From Halomicronema hongdechloris C2206 (GTDB lineage Bacteria > Cyanobacteriota > Cyanobacteriia > Phormidesmidales > Phormidesmidaceae), in NCBI RefSeq assembly GCF_002075285.3, contig NZ_CP021983.2, forward strand, positions 5,250,001-5,282,000: 32,000 nucleotides of DNA, in the 5' to 3' direction. Positions within the stretch are counted from its first letter, which is position 1; every line of letters begins with the position of its first letter. This document shows positions 9,019 through 16,973 of this stretch, piece by piece. The translations under genes and the position numbers were made by a program. The notes beneath the pieces were generated by a model. The model saw nothing but the letters and a program-made list of their open reading frames with translations, did no database searches and had not been told where the DNA came from.

Positions 9019-9645
9019 ATGAAGCCACGGATACAGCTGTCGCCCCGCTCACTGGCGGCGGTCTTGATGGGAGTGGCTCTGGGCGCCTTGATGCCGTCTG
9101 GGGTCAGGGCTGACATGTCCCTGAGGCAATACGACCCAGTGGAGCTGACGACGCCTCAGCCAGTGCTATCGGACTCGATCGCCCAGTCCATCTTGCGGAT
9201 CGTCTACGGGGTGACCCAGAGCGACTAGAGGCGGAGTTGCTTCCCGTCCCAGAGGCGATTCATCTTGTGCTCAAACTCCAGGACCGCAGACTCTATGTGT
9301 ATCGGGGGGGGGGAGACCCTAGAGGCTAGCTATCCGGTGGCAGTAGGGCGACCCGGCTGGGAAACCCCGACTGGGCAATTTCGAGTGTTTGCCATGCTAG
9401 AGAACCCAGGCTGGACCAATCCCTTTACGGGGGACGTGACGCCGCCAGGTAACGCCAATCCCCTAGGGCAGCGCTGGATTGCCTTTTGGACCGATGGCAG
9501 CAATGACATCGGCTTCCACGGCACCCCCAACCGGGACTCCGTGGGCCGGGCCGCCTCCCATGGCTGTGTGCGCATGTATAACGAGGATATCCGCGAGTTA
9601 TATGCGCAGGTGCGCTTGGGCACCGTGGTTAAGGTGGAACCCTAG
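9019..9645 (+). CDS. L,D-transpeptidase (YkuD domain), interrupted by two compensating 1-nt frameshifts
   Basis: Signal peptide MKPRIQLSPRSLAAVLMGVALGALMPSGVRA from ATG 9019 (frame of ORF 8851..9228). A middle segment in another frame reads AIHLVLKLQDRRLYVYRGG. ORF 9265..9645 carries ETLEASYPVAVGRPGWETPTGQF...GFHGTP...SHGCVRM, including the catalytic His/Cys motif. Confidence 0.8.
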
Positions 9646-9650
9646 CGGCA

Positions 9651-10163
9651 TTACCAGAGGGCCCGGGGATTCTGGGAAGTGTCAGCAGCCTCCTCTGGGG
9701 CGTCGGCATCTGAGGTCTCATCTGTAGAGGTCTCATCTGTAGGAGAGGCCTCTGGATCAGGGGATGACGCTGCGCCCGCTTCGCTCTCTGAGGGACCATT
9801 CTCTGAGTCTGCCTCAGGAGTGGGAGAGGCAGTCCCATCATCTGGCCCTTCTGGCGCCGGGGTGGGTTGGGGTTCGGACTCGGAGGCCGGTGATTCTGCC
9901 TCTTCGGGTGAGGCTTCTGGTGCCGGGGTCGGTTGAGGCTCGGTGGCGGGTTCCTCAGGACTTGGGGTTGGAGGGGGAGCATCTTGAGCCCAGGCCGAAG
10001 GCAGGGTGGCTACCGGTGCCGCCAATACTACCGCAGTCAGAACGGTAATCTGGCTGATGCGGCCTATCTGCCCCGCCATCATGCGCAAGAGCCCCTGGCC
10101 GTTGAGCTGATTAATCCCAGGGTCTGAGCAGGGCGTTAACGGTGATTGCTGAGTACTAACCAT
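9651..10163 (-). CDS. secreted acidic Pro/Glu/Ser/Thr-rich low-complexity protein
   Basis: 170-aa ORF. Signal peptide with an AxA site (ISQITVLTAVVLAAPVATLPSAWA/QD), then a PE-rich tail. A likelier start is ATG 10082 (MMAGQIGR...). The gene lies 7 nt downstream of the MORN gene on the same strand. Confidence 0.5.
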   Translation of the reverse strand: MVSTQQSPLTPCSDPGINQLNGQGLLRMMAGQIGRISQITVLTAVVLAAPVATLPSAWAQDAPPPTPSPEEPATEPQPTPAPEASPEEAESPASESEPQPTPAPEGPDDGTASPTPEADSENGPSESEAGAASSPDPEASPTDETSTDETSDADAPEEAADTSQNPRALW

Positions 10164-10169
10164 GGTGAT

Positions 10170-11357
10170 TCACCCCTCAGGTGTGGTGGTCTTGGGGTCG
10201 CTAGGGACGCCGCGATCGCATGATAAGGTATCGTCGCCGACGAAGCGACCATCTTGCCAATTTCCCGAGGTGGAAGACCCATCCGGGAATAGGAAAGTTC
10301 CCCAACCGTGGCAGCGATTGTCCTGAAATTGACCGATGTAGTAGTGGCCACCCTCTAACATCCAGATGCCAATGCCCTGAAAGTCATCATCCTGGAACTG
10401 GCCCATGTAGCGACGGCCACTGTCAAAGGTGAAGGTGCCACAGCCGTTGCGTTTGCCCCCTTGAAATTCGCCATCGTAGCGATCGCCGTTGGGGTAGACC
10501 ATGGTGCCGCGGCCATCGGCAGGCGCACCATTCTCGATGGAGCCATAGAATTCGACGCCATTGGCATATTCGTAATCGGCGGGGCGATTGGGCAATGGCC
10601 CTGGGGCTGGCTCATTACAGGGCAATGAGGACACATCGATCTCACCACTGGGCAGATCCGCTAGCGGATCTGCCAGTGGCCGTGGTCGTAGGATGACGAC
10701 GAGCAGGGATGCGATCGCAAGGCCCACCATACCGATTCCTGCCGCCCATAGCGTCCATCGCGGTCCAGGATACTGACTAGGCCCAGGGCGATTGGTGTCT
10801 ACCGGCGAGGGTAGACTAGTCGCTACTGGTGGCTCAAAGGTCTCCCGCACCCAACGGGCAAATTCATCCGTCGCAAAGGTCCGATCGGATGGCTGCCGCT
10901 TTTCGGGCACGGCGCCCCAGTAGACATAGTCGCAGTGCACTCCCGAGAGATCCGTTTGAGCATTAACTTGCCACGCCTGTACACAGGCTCCCGTCAGCGT
11001 CGCCCCAGAGAAATTCGTCCCCAGGGCCTCCACCTGGGTCAAGTTGGCTTGGACAAAGTGAGCATGGCTAAAATCGGCTCCGCTCAAATTCGCCTGATGC
11101 AAGTTGCCATGGCTAACATTGGCTTTGCTGCCATAGGCATTATCGAGATTGGCCCCCTGCAGATTGGCCCCCTGCAGATTGGCGCCGATCAGGCAGGCGC
11201 GGTCGAGATTGACCCGAGCCAAATTAAACTCCCGTAAATCGGCTTCAAACAGATAGGCCGCCGTCAGATCTGGACTGTCATCGGGATGGTCCTCTCGCCA
11301 GCGATTCCAGGGCTCAGCCCCCTGCTTGATCAGCTCTAGATAGTCGATCTCAGTCAC
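10170..11357 (-). CDS. pentapeptide-repeat / transmembrane / MORN-repeat protein
   Basis: 395 aa. N-terminal pentapeptide repeats (ANLQGANLQGANLDNAYGSKANVSHGNLHQANLSGADFSHAHFVQANL), one TM helix (WTLWAAGIGMVGLAIASLLVVIL), and about five C-terminal MORN repeats (YDGEFQGGKRNGCGTFTF, YMGQFQDDDFQGIGIWM, YIGQFQDNRCHGWGTFLF). Confidence 0.8.
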   Translation of the reverse strand: MTEIDYLELIKQGAEPWNRWREDHPDDSPDLTAAYLFEADLREFNLARVNLDRACLIGANLQGANLQGANLDNAYGSKANVSHGNLHQANLSGADFSHAHFVQANLTQVEALGTNFSGATLTGACVQAWQVNAQTDLSGVHCDYVYWGAVPEKRQPSDRTFATDEFARWVRETFEPPVATSLPSPVDTNRPGPSQYPGPRWTLWAAGIGMVGLAIASLLVVILRPRPLADPLADLPSGEIDVSSLPCNEPAPGPLPNRPADYEYANGVEFYGSIENGAPADGRGTMVYPNGDRYDGEFQGGKRNGCGTFTFDSGRRYMGQFQDDDFQGIGIWMLEGGHYYIGQFQDNRCHGWGTFLFPDGSSTSGNWQDGRFVGDDTLSCDRGVPSDPKTTTPEG

Positions 11358-11614
11358 GACAATCCCCTTGGTGGTTTAGAGACATATACCCAAGCCCAGC
11401 TCGAGAGCGGTTTTAAGCCCCCTTACGATTTTGGACTACAGTGTACCCACATCTGGCCCCCTCCCCTTCAGTCTCTTCTGCCCAAAATATTGCATTTGTC
11501 AGGTAGCTTAGGACATTGAGAATCGCTCCCATGCCTAGACTAGGGAGCTACCTGACCGCAACCGTCCTAAGCATAGGCACGGTTGCTATAGGCCCGGGAC
11601 TTTGACATATCCGG

Positions 11615-12195
11615 CTACTCTAAAATGCCGACCAAGATCCGCACCAAATCATCTAGATCATCGGGTAGCGTATACGCCCCAATATCTTGAGTGATTATGG
11701 GATTATTAGGGTCCAAGGTGCCAAAGATCCAGAGGTTGCCGATGGTGACGGCTCCATATAGCCGCGATGGAGCCTCTTCCAGCATTGCCGGCGCAATCAT
11801 TTCTACGGCCAGTTGAGTGAAGCCACGGGTCAGGTCATCTCGTTTGGCTGCCACGACCACGAGATAGTGCTCTGCTCGAATCGGATAATCTAAGCTGCCT
11901 TGCAGCCAGTTGTTGACCTTGAGGGGATACTCAATCCGCAGTATTTGCTGGCAAATGACCGCAACTCGACTCAGAGGATATTTGGAAAGTACCCTGCAAC
12001 CTTACTCCAGACTAACTTTTGGCCAACAGAACCATACGCTCTAAAACGCCTGCCTTACAGGCCTTTCAGCCAAGTTTCCAAATGTCCTCTCAGAATGGGA
12101 GCGATTAAAATTTCTCGCTTGGCGGTCTCGCTGGTCAGGGGGACGAAGGGCAAGGTATAGGTGGCATCCTCTTGCAGAATCTTCAGGCGCGACAT
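11615..12195 (-). pseudogene. decayed PD-(D/E)xK nuclease-fold gene (HsdR-N-terminal-like family common in cyanobacteria)
   Basis: A 46-codon ORF (12195..12055) reads MSRLKILQEDATYTLPFVPLTSETAKREILIAPILRGHLETWLKGL and then stops. After a garbled ~50 nt, another frame open from 12001 with no start codon reads ...IEYPLKVNNWLQGSLDYPIRAEHYLVVVAAKRDDLTRGFTQLAVEMIA...GNLWIFGTL... to the stop at 11615. Track ORF 11615..11860 is its tail. Confidence 0.6.
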
Positions 12196-12213
12196 AGAAA
12201 GACTCCCGTCTCT

Positions 12214-12559
12214 TTACTCTGCTTCCGATAGCTGGCCAGCTGCCAGGATGATCTCCACCGTCAGGGTTAGCTCTGGACACGTCGGAGATACCAGTGGCTG
12301 ATTGCCGCCAAACACCGCCTCCTCGTACATGCCTTCAGTTCCCAGCTTCTCGAAAACATAGCCATCTGAAGCCTAAACGACGAATTTCAGTATCGAGGCA
12401 CTGCTGAATGAATTTAGCTATCAGCATATGCCGAAACGTTGGTGGCGTCATTTCGACCAGTGCTCCATCCACCAGTTCGTAGCGGGCGGCAGTACCGTCG
12501 TCATCGGCGACATAGTCTTCAAAGCTGATCCCGGCTGTGGTGGTTGACGGTGTCATCAC
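12214..12559 (-). pseudogene. Uma2 (DUF820) family endonuclease remnant with internal deletion and frameshift
   Basis: ORF 12335..12559 gives the Uma2 N-terminus (ISFEDYVADDDGTAARYELVDGALVEMTPPTFRHMLIAKFIQQCL). A different frame downstream gives the family C-terminus (DGYVFEKLGTEGMYEEAVFGGNQPLVSPTCPELTLTVEIILAAGQ, stop at 12216-12214). The central catalytic core is missing. Confidence 0.6.
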
Positions 12560-12639
12560 ACCCCCTCCAGAGAAACGGTCTACGATACTAAGGTGCTGTA
12601 ATCCTTTCCAACTCCCCCGAACGACTTCGAGTCGCGCCC

Positions 12640-14730
12640 CTAACGGCTGCTCTGAGGGCTTAGGGGCAGATCGACTGGGGCAATGACCTGGGCCTTGACT
12701 TGCGATCGCAACAGCAGTCGCACCAGCCGCAGGGCCTGATGCCGATAGAGGGGCATGGGAAACACCCCAGGCAACTGCGTCATAAACTGGCGGGCCAGGG
12801 CCAAGTCACAGCCAGAGATCAGGGCCAATTCATTGGCACCCTGGAACCGAGCGTCGGCCGTTTGCACCCCATCGATGCGGACGCGCCACCACTTAATCGC
12901 CATTTGCCCCTGCTCGATGCGACGCAGCCCTCGAATCGTCGACAGCACCACCAATCGATCACCTATCTGTAGCCGCAGATCTTCCATGGGCATAATTGCC
13001 GGAGCGGCATGACCCACCCGTTGATACCAGAGCGGCACGACCCCATAGCCATAGGCCACCTCCGAGAGCAATAGCCCCTGCAGGGTATCCTCTAGGATAA
13101 TCTCATACTGGGTCACCAACACCGTCTGATGATACAGCCGAAATAGACCCACCACATTTTCGCCAAAGGCCGCCCCAGCGAAGGCTTCTGCCGATAACGC
13201 CGACGAACACAGCACCTGGGCGTAGGGAAACAAGCGGGCTACCTTATCGCTAAAGAGCTGGTCATAGGTGCGGATAATCAGGCGACAACGAGGATTGGTG
13301 CGATAGGCCATTAAGCCCATCTCCAGATTCAGCATCTCATCCTCACTCACCGCCACCACACTCTTGGCCGTTTCGATGTTGGCCTTGTCTAGCAGCTGGT
13401 TCAGTTCCCCCACAATCAGCGGTAGCTGAGGTAAGGACTCGCCATTGGCCGCCTGCCGAGTGATGCCCACCACTACCTGCTGTAACTCCTGTAAGAGACT
13501 GACCACCCGTCGTCCCACTCGTCCCAGGGCAATGACCACCACATGGTTCTCCTGGGGAATAGGTGGACGCCGGGTCAGGAATTCAAACTGGAGGGTCAGT
13601 AATTTCTCCGTCAGCAGAGCATAGAGGACACCGATTAATGCCGTGCCGGCCAGGGTCATGAGCAAGCTAAACCCGGGCAACCACCAGGGCAAGGGCTTCT
13701 CTAGGGCGAATTGACTGAAGAGTTCGGTGTAGCCTCCCAACAACAGCCCGGCGGTGGCATAGAAAGCATCCATCAGGGTCGGTGACACTCCGGTTGCCAG
13801 CATCAATATCGTGCTGAGGATGCAGAGGCCAACCACGGTAATGCCACACAGCAGCGCCACCCGCCGAATCTGCTCCCGGTAACTGACCTGCCAAAACTGG
13901 ACTAGGGCTCGCTTAATGTCGGGCCAGCCCCGAAACTGTTGCAGGGCTTGGCCTAGTTCTCTCCAGGTCCAACAGTAGTGGCGGCGCTGCCGGGAGGGGG
14001 TGGTTGAGGAGTCTATGGTTGCTTCCACGGTGACCACCTCATCGCCTTCGCGAACGGTGGTATTGGGCAGCCAGGTATAAAACTGCTCAGAAGGGCTGTG
14101 AAAATGGGTGCTTTCCGGCATCGGCCGGTTGGCCGGGATGTGGCGCAACACTTGTCGGTGCCGACTCTCGAGTTCATACAGACACCGGCGATTGCGCCAG
14201 GGATGATGGCGATGCACGATTTGCTTGCGGACTCGAAAGTGGACTTGCCCCACCTGAAAAAACCCGATTAACTCATCGCTATAGGCGGACAAGGCAAAGG
14301 CTGGAGCCGCCAATTGGGTGGGCTCAAAGGCGACGAAGTTAGTCAGCTGCAGTCCCAGCAGGTCGTTGAGGTTCTGTTTGTCTGAACGCACCACCAACCG
14401 CACGGTGGGATTTAGCACCCGGGCGGTGAGGGCCGCCTCTAGGTTGACCCGTTCGTTTTCGGTCACCAGCAGCACGGCTCGACAGTGGCTGACTCCGGCT
14501 TTTTCTAGGATCTCACTGTGGCAACAGTCACCAATTAATAATTGCTCTAATAGGTCGGGGAGATGGGGAACTTCCCATTGCTGGGGCGGATTGATATCCA
14601 CGGCGCTGACCACGACTCCAAAGGTCTTGAGGTGAGCAACACAATGCTGCCCAAGACTACCCAGACCGCAGACGAGGAAGCGATCGGGTTGACCACTGAA
14701 GGATGACCAGGAAGATGTAGCAGGGGGCAT
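12640..14730 (-). CDS. potassium-channel-like membrane protein with two RCK/TrkA-N NAD-binding domains
   Basis: 696 aa. N-terminal Rossmann motif (FLVCGLGSLGQHCV), a central 2-TM pore-like module (MDAFYATAGLLLGGYTELF), and a second Rossmann motif (VVVIALGRVGRRVV) with a C-terminal RCK-like region. Confidence 0.7.
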   Translation of the reverse strand: MPPATSSWSSFSGQPDRFLVCGLGSLGQHCVAHLKTFGVVVSAVDINPPQQWEVPHLPDLLEQLLIGDCCHSEILEKAGVSHCRAVLLVTENERVNLEAALTARVLNPTVRLVVRSDKQNLNDLLGLQLTNFVAFEPTQLAAPAFALSAYSDELIGFFQVGQVHFRVRKQIVHRHHPWRNRRCLYELESRHRQVLRHIPANRPMPESTHFHSPSEQFYTWLPNTTVREGDEVVTVEATIDSSTTPSRQRRHYCWTWRELGQALQQFRGWPDIKRALVQFWQVSYREQIRRVALLCGITVVGLCILSTILMLATGVSPTLMDAFYATAGLLLGGYTELFSQFALEKPLPWWLPGFSLLMTLAGTALIGVLYALLTEKLLTLQFEFLTRRPPIPQENHVVVIALGRVGRRVVSLLQELQQVVVGITRQAANGESLPQLPLIVGELNQLLDKANIETAKSVVAVSEDEMLNLEMGLMAYRTNPRCRLIIRTYDQLFSDKVARLFPYAQVLCSSALSAEAFAGAAFGENVVGLFRLYHQTVLVTQYEIILEDTLQGLLLSEVAYGYGVVPLWYQRVGHAAPAIMPMEDLRLQIGDRLVVLSTIRGLRRIEQGQMAIKWWRVRIDGVQTADARFQGANELALISGCDLALARQFMTQLPGVFPMPLYRHQALRLVRLLLRSQVKAQVIAPVDLPLSPQSSR

Positions 14731-14942
14731 AGATCGGGTGAGTGCCTAGGGCCTATTTTATGGGAGAGTCAAGGGCGGGCAGATGACGAGGTAATGGGTC
14801 CCCCATGGGCATGGTGGACACGATACCCAGTGGACTGATCCCGATCTACTTCACGGTGTTCCTAGCCAATTCCGGCATGGGGGGTGTTGTCAAGATCGAG
14901 GTTCGGTATACTAAATCCTTGGCATTTTAGCGGGATATCGCC

Positions 14943-16145
14943 TTGAATTGGCTTGCCTGGATTCCCCTATGCGATCGCACCTTGCGTGATTGGGCTACCG
15001 AAGCCCGTTTACTGCGATGGCTCACCCTGATCTGGTTAGTGATCGGATTAATTACTCTATTTTCGGCCTCCTACCCGGTGGCCCTAGCCGAACAGGGCAA
15101 TGGATTGCAATACATTCAGGTGCAATTACTCTGGGTATTTTTGGGGCTGTTGCTATTCAAAGCCGTGGTCCATACCTCCCTAGATCGGTTGCTGCGGCTC
15201 TCAGGCATCGCCCTGCTGTTGATCTTAGGGCTCATTCTGTTAACCCTGACCTCGGCCTTGGGCGTCACCGTCAATGGCGCTACCCGTTGGCTCCCCCTCG
15301 GCCCCTTTCTCCTACAACCGTCAGAATTAATCAAACCCCTACTGATTCTGCAGGCAGCCCGGCTATTTGGTCAGTGGCATCAGTTGGGCTGGCTGACGCG
15401 CCTGCTGTGGTTGAGCATTTTCGGGGCGGTGCTAGGGACCATCTTGCTACAACCCAATCTCAGCACCGCAGCTATTTGCGGCGTGTTGCTCTGGTCCATC
15501 GCCCTGGCGGCAGGGTTGCCCTATCGATATCTGGGACTGACGGCCCTGGGCGGTGTCGGCGTGGCTACCATCAGCCTGCTGCAGAATCCCTACCAGCGCC
15601 AGCGGATCACGGCATTTCTTGATCCCTGGGCCGATCCTACCGGCAGCGGCTACCAACTGATTCAAAGCTTATTGACCATTGGCTCCGGGGGGCTGTGGGG
15701 TCAGGGCTATGGCATGTCGCAGCAGAAATTGAGTTACTTGCCGATTCAATACACTGACTTTATTTTCTCGGTGTATGCCGAAGAATTTGGCCTCATCGGC
15801 AGTTTGGTCTTGTTGCTGCTGCTGGCCACCTATGCCTCTGTGGCATTACTGGTGGCCTATCGCGCTCGCCATGCCCTGCATCGGTTAGTCGCAGTCGGGG
15901 CCATGGTGCTACTGGTGGGGCAGTCCTTGATGAATATGGGGGTGGCGACCGGCTTATTGCCAACCACGGGGCTTCCCTTTCCCTTGTTTAGCTATGGCGG
16001 CAGTTCTATGATTTCGAGCCTGGTGACGGCGGCGTTGCTGGTGCGGGTAGGGCGGGAGATTCATGGAGCCGATGTCACGCTGCTACCCACAGCCCCAGCG
16101 CCGCCAGCGCCGTCTAAGGTGACTTTCCTACGGCGACGGTCTTGA
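14943..16145 (+). CDS. ftsW: SEDS family peptidoglycan glycosyltransferase, FtsW-like
   Basis: 400 aa and polytopic. Motifs LFSASYPVA, QPSELIKP, GYQLIQSLLTIGSGGLWGQGYG, TDFIFSVYAEEFG and GLPFPLFSYGGSSMI. The ftsW-ccdA-ccsB order is typical of cyanobacteria. The TTG start is uncertain. Confidence 0.8.
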   Translation: MNWLAWIPLCDRTLRDWATEARLLRWLTLIWLVIGLITLFSASYPVALAEQGNGLQYIQVQLLWVFLGLLLFKAVVHTSLDRLLRLSGIALLLILGLILLTLTSALGVTVNGATRWLPLGPFLLQPSELIKPLLILQAARLFGQWHQLGWLTRLLWLSIFGAVLGTILLQPNLSTAAICGVLLWSIALAAGLPYRYLGLTALGGVGVATISLLQNPYQRQRITAFLDPWADPTGSGYQLIQSLLTIGSGGLWGQGYGMSQQKLSYLPIQYTDFIFSVYAEEFGLIGSLVLLLLLATYASVALLVAYRARHALHRLVAVGAMVLLVGQSLMNMGVATGLLPTTGLPFPLFSYGGSSMISSLVTAALLVRVGREIHGADVTLLPTAPAPPAPSKVTFLRRRS

Positions 16146-16945
16146 CCTTGGGGGCAGCCCGCTTCGATAGAATTGGGAAGGTAATCGTTAGCTGGCGTGT
16201 GATGCTGGAGACGCTTCAGACCGATCTATATTCCCTCAGCCTCTGGGCTGATCACCAAGTCGCTGAGCAGTTGGCCCATGTCTCTGGCCTCAGCCTAGGG
16301 ATCTTGCTCTTGGCTGGATTACTGACCAGCCTATCCCCCTGTATGTTGTCGATGCTGCCAATCATGGTGGGCTACATGGGGGGCTATGACGCTAAGCATC
16401 GGGGGCAGGCCCTGTTGCAGGCCTCAGGCTTTGCCCTAGGGTTGGCGACAACCCTGGCCATCTTGGGGTTAATTGCCGGTGGCGTGGGCCGTGTCTATGG
16501 TCAAGTCGGGTGGGGGCTGCCCATTCTCGTTAGCGTGGTGGCGATTCTCATGGGGTTGAATCTCTTGCAGGCTCTGCCCTTACCGCTGCCATCCCTGGGC
16601 AATCTCACCTTTCTAGAGCAGGAAATTCCCGTGGGGGTAAAAGCCTATCTCTTGGGGTTGACCTTTGGGGTGGTGGCCTCTCCCTGCAGTACGCCGGTAT
16701 TGGCCACCCTGCTGGCCTGGATCGCTAGCACGGAAAAGCCCTTGCTCGGCGGCATTTTCCTGTTAACCTACACTATCGGCTATGTGTTTCCCGTGCTCCT
16801 AGCGGGCACTTTCACCGCCACCCTGAAGCAACTCCTGCAGCTACGGCGATGGTCTGGCTGGATTACCCCCACCAGTGGGGTATTGCTGGTCGGGTTTGGG
16901 GTCTTTTCCCTGCTGCTACGGTTGCTTCCCACTGCCCTGGCCTGA
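16142..16945 (+). CDS. ccdA: cytochrome c biogenesis thiol-disulfide transporter CcdA (DsbD family)
   Basis: LLTSLSPCMLSMLPIMVGYMGG and VASPCSTPVLATLLAW motifs; polytopic. The track start is TTG 16142; ATG 16202 (MLETLQTD...) is the more likely start. Confidence 0.85.
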   Translation: MTLGAARFDRIGKVIVSWRVMLETLQTDLYSLSLWADHQVAEQLAHVSGLSLGILLLAGLLTSLSPCMLSMLPIMVGYMGGYDAKHRGQALLQASGFALGLATTLAILGLIAGGVGRVYGQVGWGLPILVSVVAILMGLNLLQALPLPLPSLGNLTFLEQEIPVGVKAYLLGLTFGVVASPCSTPVLATLLAWIASTEKPLLGGIFLLTYTIGYVFPVLLAGTFTATLKQLLQLRRWSGWITPTSGVLLVGFGVFSLLLRLLPTALA

Positions 16946-16973
16946 TATTCGGCCCTTACCCAGACACTAGACT

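Noticed and set aside
9629-10048. Alternative ORFs over the low-complexity region (9629..9982 minus, 9679..9936 plus, 9764..10048 plus).
   Set aside because: All frames stay open here because of the repetitive GC-rich sequence. Only the 9651..10163 minus frame has a convincing signal peptide with an AxA cleavage site, so it was chosen. Confidence remains moderate.
12041-12280. 79-aa ORF (MSRANPDGGDHPGSWP...) on the minus strand.
   Set aside because: It is an out-of-frame reading across the junction of the two nuclease pseudogene remnants. The alternative frames give recognisable family sequence, and this frame is Arg/Pro/Gly-rich junk.
14881-14942. Promoter for ftsW (TTGTCA ... TATACT at 14907-14912).
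   Set aside because: The -10-like TATACT is good, but the only TTGTCA hexamer is 14 nt away, which is too short a spacer. I did not list it as a feature.
14990-15622. 210-aa ORF on the plus strand overlapping ftsW in another frame.
   Set aside because: The FtsW frame carries all the SEDS motifs. The alternative frame is Arg/Pro/Gly-rich with no features, so it is a shadow ORF.
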